DNA of 59,993 nucleotides, the filler included, from Thelocarpon superellum (lineage: Eukaryota), in NCBI GenBank assembly GCA_026025795.1. It is 3 parts of 3 records of this genome, joined end to end, with 100 filler letters (N's around TTAATTAATTAA, not from the genome) between each part and the next. Parts side by side here need not be neighbours in the genome. Positions count along the whole stretch, not along the records: positions 1 to 19,990 come from JAPEUG010000336.1; positions 20,091 to 40,069 come from JAPEUG010000337.1; 1 more part is not named here. One strand, 5' to 3'. A program made the translations under genes and the position numbers. How positions within the stretch are numbered: position 1 is the first letter of the stretch; every line of letters begins with the position of its first letter. Positions 11,984-25,226 of this stretch are shown piece by piece. The notes below the pieces were generated by a model. The model saw only the letters and a list, made by a program, of their open reading frames with translations, was not told where the DNA came from and made no database searches.

Positions 11984-14204
11984 TCAACGTTGCGGAGACA
12001 CCGGGGGGCGCAAGCCCATGCGGTGGAAGTCTTCCTCCACCTCTAGCGGCCGTGCGCCTTCGATGGGTGGCGCGGCGGGGAAGCCCACATACTTGGCCAC
12101 GCCAGACAAGATGGACACCTCCAGATTGTAGGATGTTTGTTGCGTGATGTGTTGTGAGCGACGCGTGGGGAATTGATGGGTGTAGTCTAAGATCATCGCA
12201 CCAACGTCAGCCTTGCTCATGCCACGAGCAGAGAGTCGACACGAACCGGAGACGCCTCCATCCCAGCTGCGGCGGTCTCGCTGGATCTGGTACCACTGTT
12301 CACCCGCTTCTTCGAGCTTTTTCTCGCGAATGGCGCGGACGGATTGGTAGTATTGACTGTGGATCTGGCTCCGCTCGGCCACGCTCTTGACTTCCAGCGC
12401 TCGGAGCTTGTACGAAAGCAGCGTCTGCTCGAGTTCGATCTTCTCATCTCGTCGCACGTCAAGGCACTGGAGCATCGCCTGGTATTCCGGGTGGGTCTGG
12501 TTGGGCTGCGTGAGGAGGGCCAGCTCGTGTGAGAGCTGATTGAGACGTTCGTCGAAGAGGCTACAATCGCTCTGATCAGTCTCGGCTCCTCCGCCTTGCT
12601 TGAGCTGATGCTTACCGGTCTCGGAAGGCGGCAAAGTGTTTCTCGATCGCGCCCAACGAATCCATGGCCGACCGCTTCTTCAAGACTGTAGATGTAGGGT
12701 CAGCGAGTAATCGGTGGGCGGGCTTGTTCGAGAGATTCAAGCACGTACGCTCCTCTTCGTTCTTGGCCGCCGCTTCGGCCTCCCCGTCTTCTCCTTCTCC
12801 TTCGACTTCCCCATCGAGATCCACGGTTTCCTCGGATCCATCGGCCTGGGCCTCGCCGTCGTGAGGCTCGTCTGCCTCGACGTCCTTGCGCTCGCGCTCG
12901 ACAGAGTCCTCTATATCTGGACCAGGTTCCCCAACGTCGACCCGCCGCCGCCGCCCTTTCCGGCCCTTCATCTTGGGAGCGGGCCGTGGCGGATCGGGTT
13001 CAAGGTCGAGCTCGGGCTCGGGCTCATCGATGTCGGGGACTGGGTCCTCCGGGGCATCGTCCATCATCTCCACGTCCAATGCAGCTTCCTCACCGCCGCT
13101 CGCGGCCCCGCCTTCGTCCTCGAGGTCCGACTCTGGGGGCGCCTCATTGCTGTGGCGCCGGGCACGACTGCCGCGCAGGCCATCTTTGACGGAGCCCGTC
13201 TTCTTGGTCGCTGGCTCACCCTCGTCTTTGACAACCACCCCACCATTCTGTATCAGATCGCCCCGCTTGCGCTTCCTCCCCGGTGTCAGCTCAAGAGGGT
13301 AGGGCGCCTTGGAGCCCTCGCCCGCCGAGTCCTCCAAAGAAGTAGTGGCAGTCGTCGGTTCGACATCTCCGTTGCTTTTGCTAGTATTGGTTGAGGAGTC
13401 ATCGCCATCGCGTTCTCGTCCGATAGTCTTGTCCGCGCCAACAGTGGGGTCCGGCGCGCGCATGTCGGTGGACAACTTGCTAGGGCTTCGTTCGAAGATC
13501 TGCGCCGCGCCAGAGCCCTGGACCACGGCTTTGTGTTTGCGGAACTTCTGCGGCGTGCTTTCGAGACGCTCCGTCTCGGCTTCGGAATCGTTGATGGCCG
13601 TCCGATCGCCTTGCCGGGTCTCAGTGTCCGACTGCTCCTCGGCGCGGCCATCCTCGATCTCGCTGAGGCTGCTCGAGCGGGCGTCGGCATTGTCGCCGCC
13701 CTGCTCGTGGATAATTTTGGATGGGCCAGTTGTACCGTGGTTGGCTGTCGCCGGAGACGCTTCGACCTCGGATGTGCGAGAAGTTCCATTCACAGTCGTT
13801 TTGGGCGCTGGGTCGTCGAGTCCCGGTGTGTCCAGCGACGTGGTGGAGGGTAGGTCCGCACGGGTGGACGAGGGAGAGGCTTGATGAGTCGAGCCTATCC
13901 AAGCCTCACAGGTCAGCATCTTTCCACATGTTCGCTGCTAGAATGCGAGATCGAAGTAGCCCGTGCGACGATGGCAGAGGGTGCAGCCACCAGCCCTGGT
14001 ACAGGCTCAGAGCCGTTTTCGAGCTCGTCGCCCTCCAGGGACGACGAGTCCCACGCAAGTGATCGGATGGCCCCGCAGCGCCAACAATGAAGCTGATGAA
14101 GGGAAGAGAGCCAAGGCGCACTCACGGTCTGGCGCTTCCACAGGAGCGCTGCCATTACTCGACTGCTTCGATCTGGTCCGACCGCGTCGCGACAAGGTGC
14201 TCAT
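11984..14204 (-). CDS. DEP1: Rpd3L histone deacetylase complex subunit Dep1 (Sds3-like domain)
   Basis: DARSSSLSEIED..DSEAETERLESTPQK, KKRSAMDSLGAIEKHFAAFRDR|LFDERL..HPEYQAML and YNLEVSILSGVAKYVGFPAAP; first exon (ATG 14204) inferred from a phase-1 intron. Confidence 0.85.
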
Positions 14205-14835
14205 CTTGCCTCGATTCACGTAGCGAACCACGTCGGCGATGTAATGATCTGGGCGCCGCCGGTCGCCGCACGCTCCAACAAGTTGTTGGGAATGGGGAGG
14301 TGAGGGTGATTAGAGAATGCGGGCAGCTGCGGACACTTCTGCCGAGGATGGGGAAGGTCCACACCGTCGGGCACAGTGAGATCGAGCCTGATCGACAGGG
14401 CTACTCAGGTCCTGGATCATCAAGCACAGATGATCAAGAAGAAGGGGCCTTCCCCAGTGGATAATTCAGCTCAGACGAAGATGCTCAGCGCGCTGGGTGA
14501 GGTATGATGGAGCACCGAAGCCCGTGGCCCAGGACTATATGCGCAGGCGTGCTATTGAGTGATTCTATAGTTCACCGTAGTTGCCTTGGGCTGGGTCTCC
14601 ATTGGCTCGCCGTAGCACCACGCTCCTTCTGGTCCGACTCACTCTTGGGACCAGCCGGCGTCATCCCTCCTACGTTTGCCGACAGCGACCACTTCTCTCC
14701 CTTCCCGTTTAGTCGAAATCGTCTCGCACGAGAACCCCACCGCACTCGGCAAATTCCGTCTGCGATGGAGTACGTCGGATTTTCCTGCAAAAGGTGTGAG
14801 AGGTGCTGTCGAACGTACCTGAGCTCCCAGACGCC

Positions 14836-16601
14836 ATGGCTCGATCTAAAAAGGTTAAGACCACGCTCAAGGACTCGGTAGATTCATCAATGGTGCCGTC
14901 CAAATTACCTTTTCTCGCAATCCCGGCAGAGAACTCGGCGGTCGATCCCACCTTAGCTACCCTTTTTGCATCCAGCGTGCGTGCCACAATCCTGCAACCC
15001 ACCATATTAGCAATCGACCAACTGATATCATTCCTTCCTATAGGCTGGACCTGTCAGGGCGCCGCCAAAGTCCCGATACAAAGTATCTCAAAGGGTCGAG
15101 TCAGAACGCAATCTGGCTCGGGAGAGCGTCGAGCCGGAAAGCAGTTCGGATCAACAGGACCTGGTCGAGAGCGATTCTCCCCTTAGCTTACCTGCAGCTC
15201 CGACTCCAGAACGCTCGCAGAAGAAGAAATCTTTGCTTGTAGAAGAGGAGGAGGAGGAGAAAAAAGGGGGGGGAAAGCGGCCACGCAAGCGGAAACGATC
15301 GGAACAGAGCGATGATCTCGAGGGCAACTACCTCCACCGCTTAGTGAAGACGGAATCGCTTGATCACCAGCAGCGAGATGCCTTGAGAGCTGAAGAGGGA
15401 GCCATCGACCATTCCAGCGACGTTTCCGAAACCTCGGCTGACGAGGGCGGACGGACCAGAGAAGCGGCTCCGTTACATGAGAGTTTACTTCCCTCGAAAG
15501 AGCAAGACGAGGTGGAAAAGTCGGCGAGAACGGTCTTCCTTGCAAACGTTTCTACTCTTGCTATCACGTCCAAAACTGCGAGGAAGACCCTGATCGACCA
15601 TCTCACGTCTTTTTCAGCGCCGGTGAAGCCGTCGAACGAACTTGGCGGGCGAGCAAAGATTGAATCTCTACGCTTTCGCTCCACCGCCTTCTCCAGTACG
15701 GCTATTCCGAAGAAGGCAGCATTTGCAAGGAAAGAGCTCATGAACACGACGACCAAGAGCACCAACGCATACGCAGTCTATTCCGACCGTGCGACGGCAC
15801 AGGAGGCAACCAAGAAGCTGAACGGGTCCGTGGTGCTCGATCGGCACCTTCGGGTCGATTTGGTAGACCGTCCCGCCTCCACGGATCATCGACGGTGCGT
15901 CTTTGTCGGCAATCTGGGCTTTGTCGATGACGATTCTCTCATCAAGGCGGGGGAGAAGGAAGTGAGCGGAGCAAAGGCCAGAAAATCATCCACGCGGCCA
16001 GGAGACGTCGAGGAAGGACTGTGGCGCCAATTTGGCAAGGCAGGCCACGTGGAGAATGTTCGGGTGGTTCGCGATCCCAAGACTCGCGTCGGGAAGGGCA
16101 TTGCCTACGTCCAATTTGCTGTCGGTCTCGGCGTTCGTCTTGCGCCAATCTTGATGCTGACTCTGCCGTCCACAGGATGCCAACGCCGTTGAAGCGGCGC
16201 TTCTCTTCAATGACCAAAAGTTTCCGCCATTACTCCCACGCCGGCTCCGGGTGACTCGATCGAAAGCAACCCCAGCTACGTCATCAGCCTCCAACCGTAC
16301 GTCTCGAGTCAAGAGCGTTGGCAACTTTGCCCGAACCTTGGTGTCCAAGACGACCGTGGCCGCAAAGGGGGACCGAGGCAAGTCCGGCACTCGCCCTGAT
16401 GCTCCCTCAGTGCAGACAAAAGGAGGCATCAGCAGCATCGCCAAGACGCCAGAGATGGTGGTATTTGAAGGGCATCGTGCCAGCAGCAAAAGCGGGAGAT
16501 CAGGGCTCAAGTCGGGAGGCTCGGGTAGAAAGCGGGCAAAACCGAAGACTCGGAGTAGCCAGAGGGGCACGGCCTGGAAGGCGGCCGGTCATAGACGATG
16601 A
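14836..16601 (+). CDS. NOP12: Nucleolar protein 12 (two RRM domains, 60S biogenesis), 3 exons
   Basis: VDPTLATLFASS|AGPV, RTVFLANVS, IESLRFRSTAF, HLRVD, RCVFVGNLGF, VRVVRDPKTRVGKGIAYVQF and VFEGHRAS. Confidence 0.93.
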
Positions 16602-17192
16602 GACGTTGTTCTCCACACCAAGTAGTGTGAGACCAATGATACTAGAGCTTGATGGTGGCGTGGGCGAAAGTAGCGTGAAATGGAAATGGTTGGTCAGCCT
16701 CGCCGAATTGTCCGGTCGTCTCCCGGCTTTTCGGAAGACTACTAGTCTGTGAGGAACGCATGCTCCGTCACGTGGGTGCGTGTAAGGGGTTAAGCATGAT
16801 TGGGTACGCACGCAGACGTATGCAGCTGGAAATGTCATGAAACCATGGGGCTTCCAAGTCCACAGACCATCAAATGGTCATTCAAGCTCTAATGATGACA
16901 TCTCACGGCGTCGCACAACCTTCCTGATCATCCCAAGCCCCCCAAGCTCTCTCGAAAGGTGGCTGTAGCGGTGGTTAGGGGGCCCGAGTGAGGGATATGC
17001 GCTAGGCATCCAAACCGATTGCGTGCTCCACGCTCCGTTATAAGATCCTCATGCATTGACCCGCGAGCCTTCCTTTCGTCGACCTCGACGAGATCGTCTC
17101 GCCCTCGGATCGCAGCACTGTGCAGGCGCTTTCCATCTGCGATTGACTCGAACCGCGAACGGCCGGCAGTCGTTGACCCTCCACGCTGAACC

Positions 17193-18606
17193 ATGACGAA
17201 GATCGATGGGATTGATGGACCGATAGCGACTCCTCCCCGCGCCCCGTCGCCCGTGCACAAATTTGGCACGCTCGCGGTCCATGCGGGCTCTCCTCATGAT
17301 CCAGTGACTGGAGCGGTCATAGAATCAGTAGGCACCGCCCGAGGCTGTCGGAGCGTCACGGCTAAGACGAGGTAGATCTCACTGTCGACTACCTTCGCGC
17401 AGACTGCTGTCGGTCGGCCAGTTGGTGCATATGAGTATAGCAGAAGCTCCAACCCCAACCGGTGAAGACCACCGCGCCCACGTGTACTAGAGCCGCGGCT
17501 GAGAGATGGAACAGGAACAACTTCGAGGAGGCCGTGGCAGCGTTGGAACACGCCCGCTTTGCCCTAGCCTTCTCGTCCGGTTCGGCCGCGACGGCAACAA
17601 TCCTTCAGTCCCTTGCGCAGGGATCGCACGTCGTCTCCGTGTCAGACGTGTATGGGGGCACCCATCGCTACTTCACCAAGGTGGCCGCGGCCCATGGCGT
17701 CCAAGTAACTTTCTCGCCCAGCATCGAGCTCGACGTGGCCGATCTCATCAGGCCCGACGAGACCAAACTGATCTGGATTGAGAGTCCGAGCAATCCCACC
17801 TTGAGCCTGACGGACATCCGCGCGGTTGCCACTGTTGCACACAAGCACGGTATTATGGTCGTGGTGGACAACACCTTCCTCAGCCCTTACGTGCAGAATC
17901 CGCTGGACCATGGAGCAGACATTGTCGTGCACTCCGTCACCAAGTACATCAACGGCCATTCGGTGAGCTTCTGGCGCAGACAGACCAGCTCGCGGCGGTA
18001 CTGACGCTCCCGGCACAGGATGTCGTGATGGGCGTGGCCGCAATCAACTCGGAGCTACTACATGAACGGCTCACGTTCCTACAGAATGCCATTGGCGCGG
18101 TGCCGTCGGCCTTTGATTGCTGGCTGGCGCACCGCGGGTTGAAGACCTTGCATCTGAGGGCGCGCGAGGCGACCGTCAATGCCACCGCGGTGGCGCATGC
18201 CTTGGAATCCTCGCCACACGTCATCGCCGTGAACTACCCCGGACTCAAGTCACATCCGCACCGAGAGATCGCGATCAAGCAGCATCGGAAGGGGATGGGC
18301 GGCGGCATGCTTTCCTTCCGTATCAAGGGTGGGAAAGAGGCGGCGGAGCGGTTCTGCCAAAATACGCATATTTTCACCCTGGCCGAGAGCTTGGGCGGCG
18401 TGGAGAGTCTGGTGGAGGTGCCGAGCAGCATGACGCACTCGGGTATCCCGCGCGAGCAGCGCGAAGCCGCGGGTGTCTTTGACGATCTAGTCCGGGTCAG
18501 CTGCGGCGTGGAAGATGCGGAAGATCTACGGGCCGACGTCTTGCATGCGTTGGAGAAGGCGATCGTGGGACCAAAGATCAATGGCGCCAATGGACACACC
18601 CCATAG
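17193..18606 (+). CDS. CYS3: Cystathionine gamma-lyase (PLP-dependent), 4 exons
   Basis: FGTLAVHAG, YEYSRSSNPNR, WIESPSNPTL, VVDNTFLSPY, PLP-lysine motif HSVTKYINGHS and FTLAESLGGVESL. Confidence 0.96.
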
Positions 18607-18865
18607 ACAGCATAGAGACATCGTGATAGCTCAATGAAAGATGAAAGAACACGGGACATGGCGGCGACATTCTTCACCGGAGTTGTGTGAGTAGATGCTC
18701 ATCTTTGCATGGGTGAATGGCGACTCTCCAGTGCTTGTGCGGTAAATCGGGTATGGAATCGTGCCAGTCAAACAAATGCTACCGGCTCGAGAGACAAGGC
18801 CAAGACTGGACGGAGATGTGCCCCATTCAGGTCGCTCAAGTCCCGTCTAGCCTCGTTCAACCCTC

Positions 18866-19990
18866 ATGGAGTCAGCCTTTACCTTTGGGTTTTCCGGTGA
18901 TGACATCGACATCAGCTACTCGGACGACGGGGACGAAGGTCCCAGAGTGACCTCGACCTCCCCGCACAGTGAAGTGGCGCCCTCGCTCGTACCACCTCGG
19001 CGCCACGGTCTACAGGAGTTAGTATGTCAGCCTTCACTTGCAACCAATACATTTCCATCCCCCGCACACGGCCGGCCACTTTATATCCGATCATGATGCT
19101 GACCACGCCAGCTCTCATCCCTCCCTTCTAAGATCTCCTTCTTCTACTGGGTGATTCAGACGAGTCATGGCAACACCGTCCAACTGCCGCGACGCGAGCT
19201 ATTCGATGTCCGTATGCAGCTCATGGCCGAAGACGACCCTGTGCCGGGCTCGACAGCCTCAGGCCCAAGCCTCCTTACCACGCTTGGGAACGATGACATC
19301 AAGTCGGCCGCGTATGAGGGGGGCTTGAAGAGCTGGGAATGCTCCATGGACCTGGCAGAATTGCTCCTCGCGGACGAGCACTACCTCTCGAACCTGAAGG
19401 CTCCGGGACTCACACACATCATTGAGGTCTGGTACCTGGCGCGAATTCCCAATGACATGATTCATATCTGATGGCGACCAGCTTGGAGCCGGGACCGCTC
19501 TTCCGTCCATCGCGCTGTTCTACCTTGCCCTGCTCACCTCGGCCCGACCGGTGCACTTCACTCTATGTGATTATAACGTCGATGTCTTGCGTTTGGTGTC
19601 GGTGCCCAATTTACTTCTGGCGTGGGCTGTGGCAACGCATCTGCTTACCCCCACCACGGGCGAGGCTGGATCCGCCGCCCTCGACCTGGACGTCACCCCG
19701 GCCCTCCTCAATCAGTTTTCCTCCGACTTAGAAGAGCGATGCATCGTCGTCGACAGCATTTCGGGGGCGTGGAGTCCTGCCTTTGCCGACGCTGTCTCTA
19801 CTACCTGTGCTCCCGCCAGACGACTGGTCCTAGCCAGTGAGACGATCTATTCGCCTCAAAGCCTCTCTTCATTCACGGAGGTGTTGATGAAGGCACTGCG
19901 AGAGGTTCCCGATGCACAGGCTCTCGTGGCTGCAAAACGGGTGTATTTCGGGGTTGGGGGTGGCTACGTAGAGTTCTTACGGGTGTTGCA
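18866..19990 (+). CDS. HPM1: Histidine protein methyltransferase 1 (METTL18 family), 3'-truncated by the linker
   Basis: FTFGFSGDDI, LPRRELFDVRMQLMAED, YEGGLKSWECSMDL, IIE|LGAGTALPS, DYN, LVLASETIYSP and AAKRVYFGVGGG; runs into the N block with no stop. Confidence 0.9.
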
Positions 19991-20090
19991 NNNNNNNNNN
20001 NNNNNNNNNNNNNNNNNNNNNNNNNNNNNNNNNNTTAATTAATTAANNNNNNNNNNNNNNNNNNNNNNNNNNNNNNNNNNNNNNNNNNNN
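19991..20090. other. Artificial 100-nt linker N44-TTAATTAATTAA-N44
   Basis: Central 12-mer gives stops in all six frames; identical structure at 40070-40169. Confidence 0.95.
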
Positions 20091-22197
20091 AGTAGGTCGA
20101 GGGTGGCCGCGGACTTGCAAACCCCGGGAGAAATGAGCCGCACGCCCGATGCCCGTACCCGGCGAGTCGAGTAATCCAGTGTCGATCACGTCATGCACAT
20201 CCACTGCACCGTGTCCAGCTCCTCGCAGGCCCCACTCTCCCCACGCTGCGGCCCGGGGCCAAGTAGGCAGAGGCATGCTGCACCCTGCAAGCTGCCAGCT
20301 GCAGCTCTGCACCACGAGAATAGATGCATGAGCCTCTCTACGGTGCCTCCTCGTCACACCTATTTCCTCTCTTTCGGTCTATCCTCTCCAGGCAGCGTCG
20401 AGTCTGCTCCATCCCTCCATCACCACCTCCCGCCGCCACCTCCAGGCGCGGATGGGCGGGTGCAACATCACACCCGTGCATGAGAGCGGGAGAACGTGCC
20501 TATCTCCGTCGATGCATCTCTCTGTATGTCTCACCTCGACGTGGATGAGGTGGGCATGGTAGCACCGTGCGATCTCGAGAACACGGGACGAGGAACAAGG
20601 AACAAGGGGTTACTAGTTTCAGCGGTTCCTTTGAATGCTCATGGGCTATCCTAGGTCACTGACCATCAATTACAAGCAAGGCCGGATTGAGTCCTTGCAG
20701 AGCACTTGATCAGCTGTTGTAGAGGACAGACGTGCAGGTCGTCGCCAGCGATCTCTTCTCTCCAGAAACCATGCCGTTTCTATCCTTCCGAAGGTGGCGT
20801 TGATTGAAAGGCGCGCGACCCCGAAACTCGCATCGTGGCCCATTCTTGCCATCCGTCTGCCAATGGTCCATGACCAAAGATGGCTTCAAGCAGCCTATTG
20901 TCTCGTACAAACTGCACCTACCTTGGACTCCTACTACGCGTATGGCACTTGTATGGTGGGCGATTAAGTGCGAATGCTAGCAGGTAATGAAGACGGTGCG
21001 ACCACGTCCGTGCAACCGTGCAACGGCAATCATACCAGAGATGATGATTGAAAGATAGGCCAAAGTCCACGGGCCAAGAGCCAATGCACCCTAGGGTCCA
21101 GGGGGGTGTGAGGAGGCGCGAAGACCCATCTGGCCCGCTTGGAGCCCTCCGAAGCAGCTAGCCCGTCGACTCTGCGCGTTGCGGGAAACTGAAACTAGTG
21201 ACTTTGCGCCGATGCATGGGCCACGAGGTGCTCAGTTCACCGGCACGTCAAGTCCGATTCAATCAAGTCTTGCATTTGATTAAGGTGATCCTGGTGACGG
21301 TGCCTGCTGGCACGGCGGAGGATGCGTGCAAGCTGAAGAGTGAGTAGTTCGAGAACCGTTGCATCTGGAGACAAGTTACGTGGACTTGCACAGGCGCGAG
21401 GGAAGCTCAACCCTGACGTCGCAGCAGTGATCGGCCGAGATTCTTGCTGCTGTCCTACGCGGGAGAAAGTGCCCGGCTGGGAACAGGAGAACCGGACTGC
21501 TCATAATCGCCAATGGGCGGTGGCGCGGCCCGGAATCCTAGAAGGCTGGCGGGTGACGGTCGGCCCTTGTTCCCCCTAACTTGGTAGATCGCTTGGTTGG
21601 GTGGAACGCGCGGTGCTGGCCAATGCTGGCGACCGGCAGGCACGGAGACCAGGGCCCTGATCTAAACCCAAACCAAACCCCCGGTCCTTGCATTCTGCTT
21701 GTTCTTCTTTCGCCGGGTCGCTAACCCGGATCGGAGCAGTTAGAGGTATGCAAGGCCAGAGCTCAGGCAACTGTTCTCGGTCCTCCTGGTCGTCGTCGTC
21801 ACGGCGTCTCGCCGTTCAGGAACGCAGCTGTCCTGATGTCGTGGTCCGAATCAGCCTGCATCGCTCTCTATCCATAAGAGCGTCTTTGCCGCCGAACAAC
21901 TTGTTGATCATCGCCGTCCCCATATCATTCTCGACGCCGGCCTTGGCGACGACTCTCCATCCTTCCATCCTCGCGCTCCCGCTCCCGCTCCCGCTCGTTA
22001 ACAAATATTGCCCACCTCCCCAACCTCCACCACCGATCAGCCTGCGCGCTCCTTGACATCCACCTGACGCCGCTCCATGCCATAGTCGCGCGATTTTTGA
22101 TTCCAGCACCTTGGTCCTAGTCCTCGGCCCTAACCCCAACCTCGACCTCGACGACGACCGGGCTTCGTGCTCGTCGAACAATCCCACCGCGGGCGTC

Positions 22198-22683
22198 ATG
22201 ACAGCCACACATTCCACAGGGGATTTCCCCGCCCTGCTTGCGCAGCCACCGATTACGAGCGATGTCGACTCGGCAAAAGGGCTGACCCCGACGACGTCAG
22301 CGCATTCCGACTTCCACGAGGACTCCAAGAATACGTGTCCCACGTCAGCTTTCTACTGCCATCCCACCACCCGCTACTCCTTTGACGTCCAGAAGACCGA
22401 GAAACGCCCCATCGTCGACGTGTACCGCGTGGACCTGGAGAACCTCGACCATGGCAAACCTACGCCGAAGCGTGCCGGGAGCGAGGAGCCCTGTACGGTG
22501 TGGCCGTCGCACCGGCTCTCCGGAAAGGTCGACGGCGTGAACCGGAAGGCGTACGGTGGCTGGAACCCATGGAAGCGTCTCTCGAAGACGCAAAAGATTT
22601 GGACGAAGATTCTGATCCTCTGCATCATCATTGGCGCCGCCATTGGCATTGGGGTCGGCATCTCCAAGGCCGTGGCCGGGTGA
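22198..22683 (+). CDS. Small fungal protein with one C-terminal transmembrane helix
   Basis: EPCTVWPS..WKRLSKTQKIWTKILILCIIIGAAIGIGVGISKAV; basic stretch followed by a hydrophobic GxxxG helix; coding-like codon usage. Confidence 0.7.
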   Translation: MTATHSTGDFPALLAQPPITSDVDSAKGLTPTTSAHSDFHEDSKNTCPTSAFYCHPTTRYSFDVQKTEKRPIVDVYRVDLENLDHGKPTPKRAGSEEPCTVWPSHRLSGKVDGVNRKAYGGWNPWKRLSKTQKIWTKILILCIIIGAAIGIGVGISKAVAG

Positions 22684-24406
22684 TCCGAGAGAGTCAGGCG
22701 GAGGGCTGGGAGGTGTGCACATCACAAGGTACATGTTGATCGCTGCTGCCCTTGACCTTTCTTCGAGCACTCGAGCAACGGCTGACCAGATGTCTCCAGC
22801 CACACGGCCGATCCCGCCCCCGGCGCTTTTCCCGTTGCTTATCTGCAGCTACCGCGTCTCCTTCTTCCCTTTCCTCGCCCGACTTATCCCTCCCTCTGCT
22901 TCATTAGCGACGGCGTCCAAGCGATGGAAGAGAGGTAATGGCTTCGAATCGCACTAGACAGGCGTAATTGTAATTCTATGAGCATGCATTGAAACAGATA
23001 TTCACGTGTGAAATGCAGAGTGACGAGTGCGGTGGTGCTCTCGTGAAACCGATGAACATGGAAGGGTCCGGACGCACGTGACGTTCATGACGCCCACCAT
23101 AAATTCTCTCCTCGCACAATCTAACCTTCTCCCTTCTTCATCAAAAAGCCACGGAACCAGCCACGACCACCGCTCCACTTCCAACAGCGGATTGAGTTGC
23201 CATGGAACCTCTGGCTCTTGCTTCGGCGAAGCCAGGATTCCTTACGTTCTGGAGATTGATCATGTCCCTGATAGGAAGTTTCCCTTTCGTTCGTGTCCTG
23301 TTCAGTTAGGGCGATGAGGGGGGAATGTCGATAGATGGGTTACAACCGCTTCGCCGCTGTCACGTCGTCTCGACGAAACATCTTAGCCGAGAAGAACCCG
23401 GAGTGGTGAGGTGCTTGCCTCACATCTGCTTCCTTGGCCGATGTGCTCATCCCCGCGCTCGCCGTTCTCTACGGCCGGGGATGTCGCCGTCGTCCCACTT
23501 GCACCCGGGCGCAATCCTGTGTGCCCCGAGACATTCGTCTCTTCCTTGGCGTCTCCTAGGCTTTCCTCGGCCGCTGAGCGGTCATCGCCTGCTGTTGCGG
23601 TTGCCACGTGATGTTGCCATGTTTCAGCAAACATGGCTGAATGTCCGCTGTCGAAAAAGCAATGGCGGACGTGAAACCTGTGTCGGCTTGAGAGCGCTGA
23701 CTAGACTCGTGCACCTGTGCACCTGTGCACACCAGCCCTGGGCGCTGGAGAAGTGCATGCCGAGGAATGTTCTCATACGCGTCCCCCACCCCGCCCCACC
23801 CAGTGCGTGGGTCCCCCACATTCCACGGCTCGTACGCGCCGCCCATTCTGCGCGTTATCAACGCCCCTCAAATTCTCCAACCAGCAAATTCGCTTGCTCT
23901 TACCTCTTCCCTAGGATCAATTTCCCGCCGCTCATTGCTTGCTCGTAGCTTGAGATGTGGTCACTTGATATTGGTGTCACGGGCATTTGCGGCCATTCAA
24001 GCCAGAACCTGTCCGCGCCTGCGGCTAAGCCCCATCAATTAATGCTTGAAGTGGCGCGTAATTTGCGCCTCTTGCCATATGAAGGGCTTGCCCCAGCCCA
24101 GTCGTTTCGGACCTGCTCAGGCATCATTTAGGGACCAGCTTCGCACAACTTAATCTACGATGCAATCGTCCGTCTCCACTCCACCTCTATCAGACAACAT
24201 CGATCGCTCTACTTTAGCACTGCGTCTCGAATAGAGTGGCTCGTGTGAACCCATCAAACCGTCTCGCCACGGACGGACCCCTGTCAAACGCTCCTGTCGG
24301 TTTTATCCGCTCTCACAGGTAGGTCTTGTCACGTCAGCTTTGATGATACCGATTCGGACTCCTTTGGCTGACTGTCCCAAGCTTCTCCCCTCTGCCAACG
24401 CGAAAG

Positions 24407-24832
24407 ATGGCATCCACCGCACAGATGGCCGAGCAATGCAGTCCAGCGTCTCCTCTGTTGCAATTGGCCGATTATGCGTCGATGACGCAAATTGACTGTC
24501 CCGATTGTCCTGAGTCGAACCCATCCCCGTCAAACCTCCCCGGCGCTGGATGTCTGGGTCCCGGCAACACAAGACGCTTCTTGTCCAACGCAACTGGATG
24601 CTCGGGCCGAGGATGTCCCACCTCGCTGAGCTCGACTTCACCCGGATCCGTCATGTTCACCCCCATGCCGGCTCCCGCGTGCCCCGGATGTCCGAGCGGC
24701 TACGCCAACTTTACCACCAACAGCTCCCTTCCTCACATGCCCTTCACCGATGGCGCTGCGAGTCTCCCTGCCGGACCCGATTTCGCGTCCATCATCTTAA
24801 TACTAGGCTTTTGGTACTCGGTACTCTTCTAG
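24407..24832 (+). CDS. Cys/Ser/Pro-rich protein with a GPI-signal-like C-terminus; N-terminus unresolved
   Basis: CPDCP, CSGRGCP and CPGCP motifs, N-glycosylation sequons, and the ending GAASLPAGPDFASIILILGFWYSVLF; no clear signal peptide. Confidence 0.45.
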   Translation: MASTAQMAEQCSPASPLLQLADYASMTQIDCPDCPESNPSPSNLPGAGCLGPGNTRRFLSNATGCSGRGCPTSLSSTSPGSVMFTPMPAPACPGCPSGYANFTTNSSLPHMPFTDGAASLPAGPDFASIILILGFWYSVLF

Positions 24833-25226
24833 CGATTGATCTGTTGCAAGCCTGTGCGGTTAGCCTTCCCTGCGTGCGAACCTTGCGTTGCAAGCGTCTT
24901 GGATTGGATGAGAACCGTTTGGTGATTTGGGGGAGCCCTTGTTCCCTTTAGCGTAACATGCGCTCCTTGTTTGCCGCTTAGGCTTGGAGAGATTGACGAT
25001 TGTTCGTAATGACGAAAAAGGTGTTGTTTCGCGGAACAAAGTTTACAGGCACTAATCTACAATAATGGTACTCAACATTGATGTTCGACAAGAACGGGTC
25101 AATCGGACCTCCCCGAAGCCTATAAATTGGGATGTTGGCCCCCAAACATTTAAAAATATGCATCCAAAGATTTCCCCGACTTCCTCAGCTTCCTCGATCT
25201 TGCCATTCAACATCATCGCAGCAGCC

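Noticed and set aside
16760..16930. TCACGTG (Cbf1-like) site, partial ATGRYRYCAT site, and ATGATGA..CTGA box C/D pair upstream of CYS3
   Set aside because: Short motifs are expected by chance, the bZIP match is incomplete, and C-D spacing (~35 nt) is too short for a snoRNA.
20035..20046. TTAATTAATTAA palindrome as a biological element
   Set aside because: Centred in N runs and repeated identically at 40114-40125; it is a linker.
20091..22100. Short ORFs right of the first linker as a continuation of HPM1 or a new gene
   Set aside because: No methyltransferase C-terminal similarity in any frame and no coding signature.
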